A stretch of 64,000 nucleotides of DNA from Bugula neritina (lineage: Eukaryota > Animalia > Bryozoa), in contig OZ037770.1 in assembly GCA_964035545.1 (NCBI GenBank), forward strand, positions 13,630,642 to 13,694,641, read 5' to 3'. Position numbers and translations under genes: made by a program. Shown here one piece after another: positions 51,830-64,000 of the stretch (the stretch's first letter is position 1; the number at the start of each line of letters is the position of its first letter). Below the pieces are notes generated by a model, which saw nothing but the letters and a program-made list of their open reading frames with translations, did not search any database and was not told the DNA's origin.

Positions 51830-54800
51830 AGTTATGATTTCCAATCACATAACAGAGCATCACCTTTAAAATTTAAATTTTTAAATGAAAACTTTCAATA
51901 GTGTTTATATATTTTTCTTCAAATAGATTCATATATAATCGAAATGATTCAATAATGTTTAGTTTTAATAAAACCAGTATAACTTATAAGTTATAGAACA
52001 TTTTTACACTTTGACTTACAGTTAAAGCTAAAAATAAGAACCAGTGAATAGCCAATAGCTTCAAATTAAAAAACAATTGCAACTTGTTTTTTTTGTAAAA
52101 GTAGAAAGATTAGAAATTATTGAATGATTAGAAATCACTGAACAGCTACAAGTTTCTGCTTAAAATGAGTCATACTGATACTCAGTCATAGTGATAGTTA
52201 CAGTAGCACACCAACAGTTGCAGCTTTATTATTATCATTACATAGAATTGTATTTAATGCCAATAGTAATATAAATATTAAATATAGAAAATATAATAAT
52301 TAATACTATAGTTATTAAATTTAATAAAATTTATCAATAATTGTATTTAATTTTATTAGTTTTAAAAGTAAAACCATTACTTGTCATAGTGATACTGATA
52401 GTGCTGTGCTCAGCCTCATACTTAAACTGAGATTTCTCAGATTTTCAAATTCAGAGTCTAAATGGGCAAACCAACACTGGGATGCAATGTGACGGAGACT
52501 GAGAGTGACTGTGAGTCACTGTCAGAGTGAGGGTGAGTCATCAGTGAGCTCAGCCATCAGCACTTGCACCAGGGTGAGGCACTGCATCATAGTAATAGTA
52601 ATCCTAATACTCAGTATCACTAATACTAATAGTAATAGTAATACTAATACTAATAGTAATACTAATGGCCTACTAATACTAATACAGTAAAAGTAATAGT
52701 AATAGTAATAGTAATACTTATAGTTATACTAATACTAATACTTAGTAATACTAATAGAACATATAAATAATAATATAAATATATTTAATTTTATAATTAT
52801 TGATATATATTTCAGTGACTACTGACTATCAGTATCACTATAACTATAAGTATATCTATAGCCATAGGCGTAGCAGTCAAAGCTATTAGTCCTAAAAATG
52901 TTGAGTATAAGTTTACCTTGATAGTATTGAATAGCTAAAGTGAATAGTAATACTAATACTAATAGTAATAACTGATGACCACTGAAATATGAAAATTTTA
53001 TATCAATATAATATGGCTATTTAAATTTTAGTAGTGATGACTTTTGCATCTATTATTAAAATAAAAAAGTTCTTGCTCGCTTTTTTATGGTAGAATTCCT
53101 AACAAGACTGCCTTGAAACCTCGAAATAATTTTATTTGCTTTGATGTGATTGGTGCAAATTTTAAAGCTTGTCTCAATGAAAAATTGTTTAATATCCTGA
53201 GCTACAACAACGACATTAAAAACAACCTAATTCCAATTTTTAATAGGAAGACAATTCTGAATTAATGCGTGTCCCGTATTCATATACTGGTATGGTTGAA
53301 GCAAACCAAATCAATGCAGGTGCCGAATGTATTTATTTCTATCATAATAATAAAAACAATAAAACCTGGTATCCACATTGACATTACCAAAATGTTTATA
53401 CCCATGCACACGCGTGCACACCGCATCTATCACAATAAATAAATAAGAGAAATACTGGCAGTATAATTTCTTACCTGGAATTTGTAATCAATAATATACC
53501 ATAGCATATGAATAATATTATCATCTAAAAGCAGGATACATACACATTTTATAAACTAATAATTTCTTATACAGAGTATATAGCAATCCAATACTAACAG
53601 TTACAGTAATATTTGTCCCATAGTGAGTTGGCAGAATGTTATGTACAACAAAATATATGTTAATTAAAATTTGCTATAATTTATACATTGTTATCTATAA
53701 AACAGAATGCTTTACACAGGAATGCTTAGTAGTTTTTTCTGGTAAAGTAACAGGAATGCTCTAATTTCTATTTTTAATTGTTACAACAATGCTTAATTAT
53801 CAACAACATAACAATATAATCACATTATAGGGTTTGTATTACTTCATAATTTTTAAACCTTAATCTCAAACTTTTTTAAATAGGTATATATAAAAAATAA
53901 TTATGCTTTGTATACAAAATTTGTTGATTGCATAAATATGAGCTTTTATGAATAGCTATTGTAATGCACCACTCTCTGTGATAGAATTCTATATTATGTT
54001 GCATTTGATATTGCTTTATCATCTGTTAACTTTATATATTATTATATTATTTTACTGGTATACTATATGGTATGATTGTAATTTTTATTTAGCAAGTAGC
54101 TCACAATTCATCATTATATATATCTTACTTGTTGAACATCTTGAATGTTGATTATTACAATAATGAAATCATAATAATTAATATATATAGTATAGTTCTA
54201 ACCTAAAGCATGCATGCTATTAGTTATAATAATCTTTTTTTAGTATATAAAGGGTAGTCATCAGCATGCATAATAAGTTACATTACTCATTAGATAATTA
54301 TGTGGCTATTATAATTAGCAAAGTGCAGGTAGCTAATTAGTAAGTATGCACACTAATGTGATATGTGTGCGTATATAAAATATTATGTGTGCGTATATAT
54401 GCAAATTTGTATTTTATGGGAATTTAGTTAAAGTTTTTTATTATATCAGCCCGTTTAAAAATAACAAAAAGTCACGTAGAACAATATTTAAATGATTTCC
54501 TTAATATATAATAATGCTAATAATTAGTAATTAATACAAACATGCAGCTATATAATTGTATAAGTGGAAGTTAGGAGTAATGAAGCATATGAATTACCTT
54601 TAACACTGTGTGTGGTTTAGGCTGTGTTACTATATATACCAGTATATATGCATATGTATGATTTCTATAATATATGTATAGCATTTGCATTCACTGGGCA
54701 GATAAAAGCCAACAATTTGTATTTATCAGAGTAGAATCAGCTTTTCACTTGTAGTTGCTTGTCGTTTGTTCTTCTTTAACAAAAATTTGGAAAATTTGAT

Positions 54801-55419
54801 CAGAGTTGAAAGTAAGACAAGAAATCTGGCGTTATGATTCCATGTAAGTGCAATATTACTCTGCAGTCTTTGTTTTATTAATTGAAAAAAAAGAATTCAA
54901 ATATATTATATTAGCAACTGAATATCATGCTAATAATTATATAATGATAATCAAGCTGAGTTTTCTGCATATTGTTGTTTCTCTGAACATTATGCAGATT
55001 ATTTTTAGATGCTTCTTGTGGGTTATATTGGCTAATATGTATTGTAGGAGTTGTAAGTTACATCAGCATATTATTTACTAATAATAAGAGCATAACCAGA
55101 CAAATTAATGTATAGGTTACTGCAAACTTAACTTGAAATTAATTGAAAAAAGTATTTACATATTATCAAGGCACAAATATTTCAACAATGTCGTAAGATA
55201 GTAGTTTATTAACCTAAATAAGTAGTTATATTCCAATATAATTGCCATAATAATGGTGAAAGTATGCAATGTATGAAACTAGCTTACATTATTCTTGTAA
55301 CTCGTTGCTTACAGTATCTAAGTTATTATTGTCAACACAACCTTGTAATAATTTAGCCACAAACCACAGCTGATGCTGTTGAATTTGTAGATCAACTGCC
55401 TGATAAGCCAAATCTCTCT

Positions 55420-55585
55420 TTGAATGGTTCCATAAACAGCTCCGAGTTGGTGGTGAATGAGCGCAATAGTTTAAGATTCTTGAATTTAGAGTTGGAGGTT
55501 TCAATAGATCCTCATTCTGAACTTGGGAACTACAAACTACTGCGCTCATTCACCACCAACTCGGAACTGCTTATAGAACATTCCA
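55420..55585. mobile_element. Hairpin MITE (family shared with 13697-13835)
   Basis: ~50-bp inverted arms (GAATGGTTCCATAAACAGCTCCGAGTTGGTGGTGAATGAGCGCAATAGTTT). TCTCTCT occurs on both flanks, a possible TSD. Confidence 0.75.
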
Positions 55586-57408
55586 TCTCTCTGGTTGGCA
55601 TTGTTACGCTCAATGAACTCAATACTAATATTATCTTTTCCAGTTCAGTGATTACGCTTATTGAAATCTCTGAACATTCGTTTTTAAGGACCTTCTGTAA
55701 TACACCCGTAAATACTAACAATATAGTTTATAATTGCGACCAGCGCTTGCGGTGAAGGTTAAAGTTGTAAAGCTGGGTGGATTGTAACTATTTTGAAATT
55801 AATTTAATTTTGGAGATTTTGACTAGTTTTTGGTTTGACCAAGACCACAAACAATCTGGTTACTGCAGTATTGAGTACAGTGCAGCAAAGCTGTAATGAT
55901 GTAAATATAACTTATAAAGCTGAACTTGCAAATTAAATTCAAAATGCATAAATTTACTCTTACTCTTAGTCTTTGTGATAATGATATTGATAACATTAAG
56001 CTCAACAATAACTGTAACATTATGATTATCATTATGATTATATTGAATTGAACATTTGTTAATTGTGCATGTTTGGTGTTTATTCGAAAGCAGAAGTTAA
56101 ACTGAAACTCAAAGTAAAAATTGATTATCATAAAGATTGATAATAATAATCATAATCATTCTCACGACATTTAATTTTGTTATTCACTTTCAGTGTTTAT
56201 TCAGATTTTAAAAGTAAATCTATTACTTATTAGTTATTATTTATCACTTATTTTTATTATACTCATCGTGATCAAGATGAATATCAATATTTGCAATTCT
56301 CCTTAATTCTTTAAAATAATTTTGATTGGTTGTGTAAATAACGAATGCATTGGCACTACGTGAAAATCTCCAATGTGTGATTTATAAAATTATAATAATT
56401 ATAATGTGCCTGTAGAACAGTTTATTATATGGGACTGAAATTAATTGGTGGGAACCGAAATATAAATCTGCTTCCTTGAGGGCTGCGACAGTATTCAAAC
56501 ACTACCGGTAATTTTAAAACACAAGCATTTTTGGTTTTTCCAATGAGTCAATTTGAAACTGATAGCAAACTGAGAATTTGCTGAAATGCAAACACAGATT
56601 ATTATTATTATTGGAATTAGCATATATAAGTTATCGTATTAGACATTGTACCATAAAAATAAGTGTTTAGTTTAGCTGCAGGAGAAAGTTTAATCTGCTG
56701 CATTTAAACTTACTTGGAGTAAAAAATTTAATTTATGTAAAGTTGCATCTAGAGTCAATATGAGATTGAGTAAGTATAAACTATTTGAAAATAAACATTG
56801 GACTTATATCTAGTAATTAGCTTTTATAAGTTTGAGTAATATAGCAGTTATAAATGAGTTAGTATAATTTAAAGTATTTGCGTAAAATAACTTCATCACA
56901 AAAAATATATTTTGTAAGCTGCATGATAAATTAAATTGTATTGGCAGTAAAATCAAATTTTAAACTGGTTTTTGATAAAAACTGAAACAAAAAAATATAG
57001 TCATATATATATCAAATTTTTGAATTTGGAATAATTTCCTATATAAAAAAATAATTTTTTTCACGTTTTTTGTTTTGTTATTTTTGGTCAATTGCTGTTA
57101 AAAGCAAATATTGAAAATAGTTGTAACTAAATTGCTACAAAGTGAAAGTGATGGCGACGTTTTCGCTTATAATAAATATATGTTGTTCTTTGCTCTGATC
57201 ATGGGCTATAGAATATCTTGTTGCGATGTTAGAGTTGACCAACTGTATTAGTTTAACTAGTGTTGAAGTGGGAACATTGCTGTGGCACCCAAAGGATTTA
57301 AACTCAGTTTCAGGGCTATCTTGCGTTAGCTTGAGAGTTTAACTTTGAGAATTATTACTCGTATTGATGAGAATGAATGCTCTTGTAGACTTAGAGCAGA
57401 AGCGTGAC

Positions 57409-60400
57409 ATGGCCAGTAGCTACACTATGGTGTACGTTCCAGTTGGCAATAGACATAAAGGTTTCACTAAACCTACTATTAATGTTGGATACTGCACACC
57501 AAAGAGGTGTCTAGTGGCCATAGCCGTTTCCATGGTGATCGGAACTGTTATTATTCAACTCCTTCTATCATTTAGGTAATGATAAGATGACTGCCAATAT
57601 ATATGACTTGTACTATATGTATAATATCAATATTTATTTGATATAATGGCAAGCATACAAAAAATTGACGAGAACATAACAGTTTGTATGTTTTACCACT
57701 ACAGATGTTAGGTTGTCTACATAGTCTATATTTAGTTCTACTGGGAAACATACCTTGTAGACTACATCATATTATCATGACAAACATGTGATCAAGTTTC
57801 TACCAGCACTTGTGAATAATTTATTCTACTTCTCATCACTTGTTGATCTTTGATAAGAGAGAAAATAAGGGAAGCCATTATGTAATCTCTATACAGTATT
57901 TTAAAGTATAGAATCATTACCACTTAGTTGTGGACTGTGGGCAATATAGAAGTTAGATTTCTGGTTATTATGTGTTTTCCATTATTATTAGTTCTTGTTT
58001 TGTTGATTTTCTGGTGCTGAAAATATGACATTCTATCGTATACGTGACAGGGATTAGTTGTTTTATTGTTTTCCTGGAATTGCTGATAACTCTATGCATT
58101 TATTTGATTATAGATAAAAATATATTTCATTAGGCATTACTTGAGAGATATACACTTGCGGACTGATAAAGATGGAGAGTTGGTAATTATATCGAAGAAA
58201 ATTGCAATCAAGCATAATGCGGTATGTTTAGATGGAAGCTCTTTACCTGGATACTACATGAAAGAAGGTATAATTGGTTTATGTTTCTGTATACAAGCAT
58301 TTCTATTGGGTAGTCAATCAAATCAGTGATCATAAATTAAATCTTAACCGTCTCACTAAATGTAAATAATGTGCGTTATTAATGTTTTTATTAATGATGT
58401 TAAGAAAATTAAAAATCAAACAAGTTTGATTTTCTTTTATTTCTGTCGAACTGCTAAATGATTACTGTTATAGTTTTAGTTTTTAGCATGAACAGTTGCT
58501 TCACCTACAATCTACATGCATATATAGTCTGTCTACTCTGTTAATCACCTCTATTTTTGAATTTAACAACTCAAAACTATCTGCAGTGTCTCATCAACTC
58601 TTTGAAATCTGAAGAGGGGTTATTTTTGGTTTTATATAGCTGTATGTCTCCTTTCGTAGGCATTGATGAAGGAGAACAGAAATGGCTGATTATGATTCCA
58701 CACAGTGATTGGTGTAACTCTATGGAAGACTGTAAATTCAGGTGACTATTTGTGTTTATATCTTGCTTGGCTTCTGTCTCTCTCCCTCTGTTTTCCATTG
58801 ACTGTCAAGAAGCATCTTGTTGTAGTGACAGAATATAACTATTATTCACTAGCAGAAGTATTCTATGGAGATTTTAGGTTAGCTGTGATTCTATGTTGCA
58901 GTATAATCTCGCCTTTGAAAGGGACGATGAAGAAAGCCCCCGTAACACTGCAGTTTACTGGCATTCTCTCTTCTGATCCTACTGAGAACGCATACTTTGC
59001 AGACTGGAATATGATTAGACTTGTACCCTGTTCAGGCAGCTCATACCTGGGTGCGTCGTCTGCCATGCTTTCTTTACTCTGCACGAATATTGATGACATC
59101 ATACAGATATTGATGACATCATACGGATATTGATGACATCATACAGATATGACATCATACATATTATATTAATGATGTGCAAATATTGATGACATCATAC
59201 AGATATTAAGGACATCATACAAATATTGTGAAAAATCTTTGCCCCCCACTGGGATTCGAACCCAAGACCTCTGGCTTGCAAGCAAATGTGCTTACCATTA
59301 CACCACGGGAATGCTTGGTAAACTCATCACTACAGATATTGATAACATCGTGCAAGTATTGATGACATCCTACAAATATTAAATGCACAATTATTGATTG
59401 AATCATACTGCAACATATGCTTATGACATCATGTGCAACAATACTAATGGCGTCATGTAAATCTTAATGTCATATTATAGCTGGTAGTTTGCATGTATCT
59501 AGTGATTGTATTTGTGTTCAAGGCCTAAAGTACTTTAATAGGTAATGGCAGCATTCCTCAAAGTGATGACTACAAAGAGTTAAGGCTGAATGGAGCAGCG
59601 GTACTGGCAGCAACTCTGGAGCACATTATATCTACCACAGACATCTCTAAATCTCAGCAAGTCATTCTTTATGGAGAGGGAAGTAAGTGTTGCACTTTAA
59701 ATATTTCACAAAGAGTTTCTGGTATTCACGACATTGAAAATATTTTTGAGTTTTAAAATATAAATAAATAATAAACAAACAACCAGGAAACTAAATGAGT
59801 AGATTGTATCTTCAAGTTTAAAATTCCAATCAGCGTTCATACAGTCTACTACATTCCACGAAATTTTAACATAACTTATGTTATCAACAAAATTGACGCT
59901 ATAATGATCTAGTATATACATCTGGTACCTCTATAGAGCAGATAACTCTCAATGTATTCTAAATAATCACCTACAATATGTAGTATTGGAATATGTTCCA
60001 GTATATTCATGTGAATGTAAGAAAGGGGGCAGGCGTGGTCTAGAGGTTAGAGCGTTTGCCTAGTAAAGACGAAGTTATGGGTTCAAATTCCAGTAAAGGC
60101 TATTGGTGATGTTAGGAAGGGAGTTCAGTCATAATTGCTCATGTGCCTCATATGAATAAGTCCTTGGCCCAATTTAAAACACCCCTTTCTATCGGGGTTT
60201 CTCACAGGAATAGCGACTATAAACTTGCATGAGTTTCATTCATGTTGAGTGTTTAAATTTTATGAGTAGTAACTTGAGATGTCTTTCTCTGTGTTACTCT
60301 AGGTGGTGCGATCAGTGCCTTGGCCTACACCAACTATATTAAAAGCCGACTCTTTGTACCCAACTTTACCACTCTGCTCAGTTCTGGGCTTCTGTTTGAC

Positions 60401-61120
60401 ACCAGCAAATCTCATTTCAATATCGACAAGTTTTTTCAACTTCACAATATAAAAGGTAATTTGTGTCTACATTGTGCATTGTGTATTTTGTGAATTTAAC
60501 AATGCAATGCGTTATGCTTAACAATAGTTAATTATCTTTTAACAGGAAATACCGTGTTACGTAATTGTGGTAGTCTGAGCTGTCTCAATGCTGAACAACT
60601 ATTACGTAGCCCTAGGACCTCACCGGTTGTTGTGTATACTGCGGGTGTCCCACTCTGGCCTCTAACTACTATGTATGGCTGTCAAAATGAAACAGACTGC
60701 ACAACTAAGGGTTATAGGGAGGTAAGCATGTTTGATAATTATTTAAAACTGGAGTTATCATCCCATCTGGTAGCTTATTTCCTTGAACTCACTCACTAGT
60801 CACTCTGTGAGGTTTAAGCATTGCCGGTTTAAGATGTATTTACTTTTATATTTTCGACACCCAACAACATTGTGTTGAATTTATGTATTTTTTAGAAATA
60901 TTTCAAAGCTACTGCTGGACTACATACACAGCATCTGCAAATCAGAAAACTTGTAACAATTCTTTCTCATTGTGATTGGTCATTGAAAACAACAGTGACC
61001 AAGGAGGACCCTCGTATTGTAAATAGAAGCATTTATGAAATATTAGTGGAGAGTTTATCAGGAAATGTGAAAACAGCAATATATATTGATAATGGTGGTT
61101 GTAAAGGAAAAGGCTCATAG
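57409..61120 (+). CDS. Notum / pectin acetylesterase-family alpha/beta hydrolase-like protein with N-terminal TM segment, probably catalytically inactive
   Basis: Exons ~57409-57575, 58134-58267, 58660-58741, 58902-59050, 59542-59682, 60303-60455, 60546-60721, 60896-61120. Family motifs: AVCLDGSSLPGYY, KWLI...WCNSMEDC, GILSSDPTENAYFADWNMIRLVPCSG, LRLNGAAVL, VILYGEGSGA. Confidence 0.8.
59085..59460. repeat. ~20-bp minisatellite (ATATTGATGACATCATACAG)n, interrupted by the tRNA-like insert
   Basis: Seen directly. Confidence 0.85.
59241..59312 (-). pseudogene. tRNA-like sequence (tRNA pseudogene or SINE head) inserted in an intronic minisatellite
   Basis: Minus strand has A-box TGGTGTAATGG, T-arm TTGGG-TTCGAAT-CCCAG and a downstream TTTTT. 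The acceptor and anticodon stems pair poorly (loop would read GCA). Confidence 0.6.
60023..60233 (+). mobile_element. SINE copy, same family (Notum-like intron)
   Basis: Co-linear similarity to 37311-37520 over the full length. Confidence 0.85.
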
Positions 61121-61991
61121 ATACATCTTATTTGCTGTTTTAAATACCAGTGTTTGTATCGACAGTGTAGGAGTACGGCTGTGCTAGCAGTACCCGAGAG
61201 AAATGGTTAGCCAGAGGCATGAGCTCCTGAAGGTAAATAATTACTGCTTTCACTACTGTTAGTATTCATGGCAAGTCACCTTCAAATGTCTTCCAGAAAT
61301 TTCAGCTTCAATCCATTTCACTTGTTGAGGCTTTTTAATATGCGAGGGAAGGTTATTTTATTCAAGTAATTTCATTATCAATATTTGTGACTATCGTTTT
61401 TTGAACGGGTATGTTTTATCTGTATGCAATAATGACCTGACGATGTTCTATATTGCAGCATCACGCAACCTCTATCATCTTTTGTAATTATTTGACATTG
61501 TATGTAGTTATTTATTATATTTTATTCTTTATCTTTTTGGAAATTGCTCACAAATTTTCTATATATTTGTTGCTTTAATGTCGTACGCATCAAGTGTTGT
61601 CTCACCATGTCTGGGTCTACCCAACAAAAACATTTCTAATCTGTATTAAATCTAACCATGCAGGAAATCAGAATTAATTGTATTGTATTTATCAATTATA
61701 TATACAAAATAAAAATCTAATAATTACAAAATACATTCTTTTTGTACGTATATACATTACACTGTCTAAATTCAAGGGTCCTCCAACATGAAGCATGCAT
61801 GTACAAGTCTAAAAGTTTACATTGTTGAGTGAATCCATTACATAAGATTTGTTCTATAACATGTAAAAATACAAATTTAACCATGATGTGAAAATATCAA
61901 AATCGATAAATATAAAAATAAACGTTCAACTTGCAACCATAATTCTATATTACAATAGAGATGAAAATAGGACGTACTTATTACATAGAGA

Positions 61992-64000
61992 CTAACACTC
62001 AGTTGCAGCATTTAAATAATATTCGTGTATTTTCATGGATCTACGACTTTCTCCGCTCTGAGTTCGAGTGTGTGACAACGAGTCTAAATTAGAAGGACTT
62101 CCTTCTCTTTTCTCCCACACGGGAGAGCTCGGCTCCACATAATCTAGACTTCCTTTCGAGCTGTAAGTCATAGGATCCTGAGAAGTGTGAACGAGCACCG
62201 CTCCACTCCCGTGACTAGTATCACTGTTGACGGAGTTCTTACTAGTATGTCTGAGACTCAGTCCTCCGCCGTCGTGTAAATCTACAAGGTCACCAAATGT
62301 CCTAGACCTTTGCTCTAACTCGGGTATCGTTAGCTTCTCGCAGTCGAGGTTCATAGAGTAGCGGTTGTCGTGGAGATTGAGTGAAGTGGCGGCCATGTTT
62401 GAGTGCGTTCGCAAGTCAGTAGTGACTGAATGCCTTAGCCTGGGTTCTACTACAGAATGTCGTGTATGATCTATCACCGAGTGCCTCAGTCTAACCTCGG
62501 TGTCTACTGGCTTATGTTTAGGAACTGCCATTTTCTTTACCGATTCTCTGATTATTATTCTCATATGTTTAAGGAAATCGTTTCTTTTTTCTACATTGCT
62601 GTAAATAGAAATAAATAAATAAATTGATTTTCAATGAAATGCGTAGACATTACAAAACAACAAATGTTTTCAAATGAAGTTGCACTTCTAGCCAGTTACT
62701 TGAGTATTACCTGCATGCCATGTGGTATATTTTCTCTGGGCGACTTTCGGAAGTAGACTTGAGATGAAGGATTTCCCATAATGCAACAGGACCCCCAGCG
62801 TGTGTCGTGGGTAAAGTTCTGACCTGTATTTCAGTTACTGGGAGAAACTTGTGATAAATACATCCAGTGGTAGAAGCCGACTCCAAAAAACTATTTCTAT
62901 TTGATGAGCTCTACAACATTAACAACAAAATAAATAATATGAAAAAATTATATCAACTATTACTATAATAAATTTATATCTCACATAATATACAGCACGG
63001 GTCAATACTCACTTTGTTCTTTCCGGGTTTCCCCTTGAGTTTTTCTTGACATAGTAAGACAACTCCGTGTTTGAATACAAATATTGTGGTGATGTGCTCC
63101 AACCCTTTCTTAGGCTTTGATACATCATCATAAGCATTCAACCATTCACCTTCTCCATAGTACTGTCAACGAATAATTCCGAGTTATTCTCCCAAATGAA
63201 CACTCATCAACAGGAGCCAACAACTCCAAGATTGGATAAATTTTTATGCAAATGAATGTTAATAAATGTATATTTCATTAGAAGCAGTATTTGGTGAGCA
63301 GATTATACAGCCAATAAGAAAGATGTTTCAATCTACCTGAAGATCACCAACATTGAGCTCTAATTTCTTCTTATCATTTGATTGGCTGCTGTGTTTCATA
63401 GAATGGCTTTTAGTGACTTCGTCAAATATGGACCCAAACTCTTCATATATCTTCTGCATCTCATTGATGTGTTCAGCCACTGACTCCATTGCCTTCAGGG
63501 CATCACTGGAAGAACAAGAGAGGTCATTGCAGACTACAGAGAGACAGTAATCTGACTAATTAATAGTTTTAGTCAGCCTTCCAGCAGTTTAATAATTTTA
63601 CTTACAATCCAGGCTTTGGTTTCACAGCTCTTAAAAACAAGTAAATAAACTTATAAGACTTGAAAACATTACTTACTAACCATCATGTTAGACATAATCA
63701 GGTTTTGAAACTTGAGTATAAATTTAAATGATTCAACAAAAGTTAGAACTCTAGTTTAAACCAAACAGTCTAAAATGTGTATGATTTAAATAGCACAGTA
63801 AACTTGAAAAGACTTGCAACAACTTGAGAAGAACTTACTTGAGGTGGTTGTATTCATTGCTGTTGGAATGAGTGAGACCTCGTAGTTGCTGCAGGAGAAG
63901 AGGGTATTTGAGGATCCGCTGAATGGGTTTGATGAGGTAGGACTCTAAAGTGGCGGAGTGCTGTTGTTTGGGGTTTCTGGCGTGGAGGAACTCGTAGAGC
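61992..64000 (-). CDS. Tiam1/still life-type Rac GEF, C-terminal part (end of DH, PH domain, tail). Gene continues beyond the window.
   Basis: Exons ~64000-63839, 63505-63337, 63162-63013, 62910-62711, 62598-61992. [30 protein letters not shown] and [23 protein letters not shown] match the Tiam/SIF DH end. PH motifs [20 protein letters not shown] and WEILHLKS follow. Confidence 0.9.

Noticed and set aside
55289-55755. Overlapping ORFs on both strands with similar peptides (SSELVVNER)
   Set aside because: Artefact of the palindromic MITE, not a gene.
59241-59312. Functional tRNA-Cys(GCA)
   Set aside because: Acceptor and anticodon stems contain mismatches and several G-U pairs. It is more likely a pseudogene or SINE head; tRNAscan-SE would decide.

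Overview
AT-rich, intron-containing animal (invertebrate-type) genomic DNA. The exact taxon cannot be fixed from sequence alone. I reconstructed eight spliced protein genes by hand from GT-AG junctions: RXR (+), a CYP46A1-like P450 (-), the acetyl-CoA transporter SLC33A1 (+), TEAD/scalloped (-), two tail-to-tail paralogous RING/B-box/coiled-coil/beta-propeller (TRIM-like) genes, a Notum/pectin-acetylesterase-like gene (+), and the 3' part of a Tiam/still-life RacGEF (-). Repeats include a 5'-truncated LINE RT, a tRNA-derived SINE family, several MITE/hairpin elements and microsatellites. The most striking unexplained structure is a set of minisatellites whose repeat unit is a copy of an exon-intron junction itself (exon end plus GT donor, or AG acceptor plus exon start). 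They occur at nine or more junctions in six genes, with up to 20 tandem donor copies. Also notable: a charge reversal of the RXR AF-2 glutamate (FLKRLLE), an apparently catalytically dead membrane-anchored Notum-like protein, and degenerate AGT/ACT hexamer tracts that recur at gene 5' ends. All coordinates were derived by eye and may be off by a few bases.
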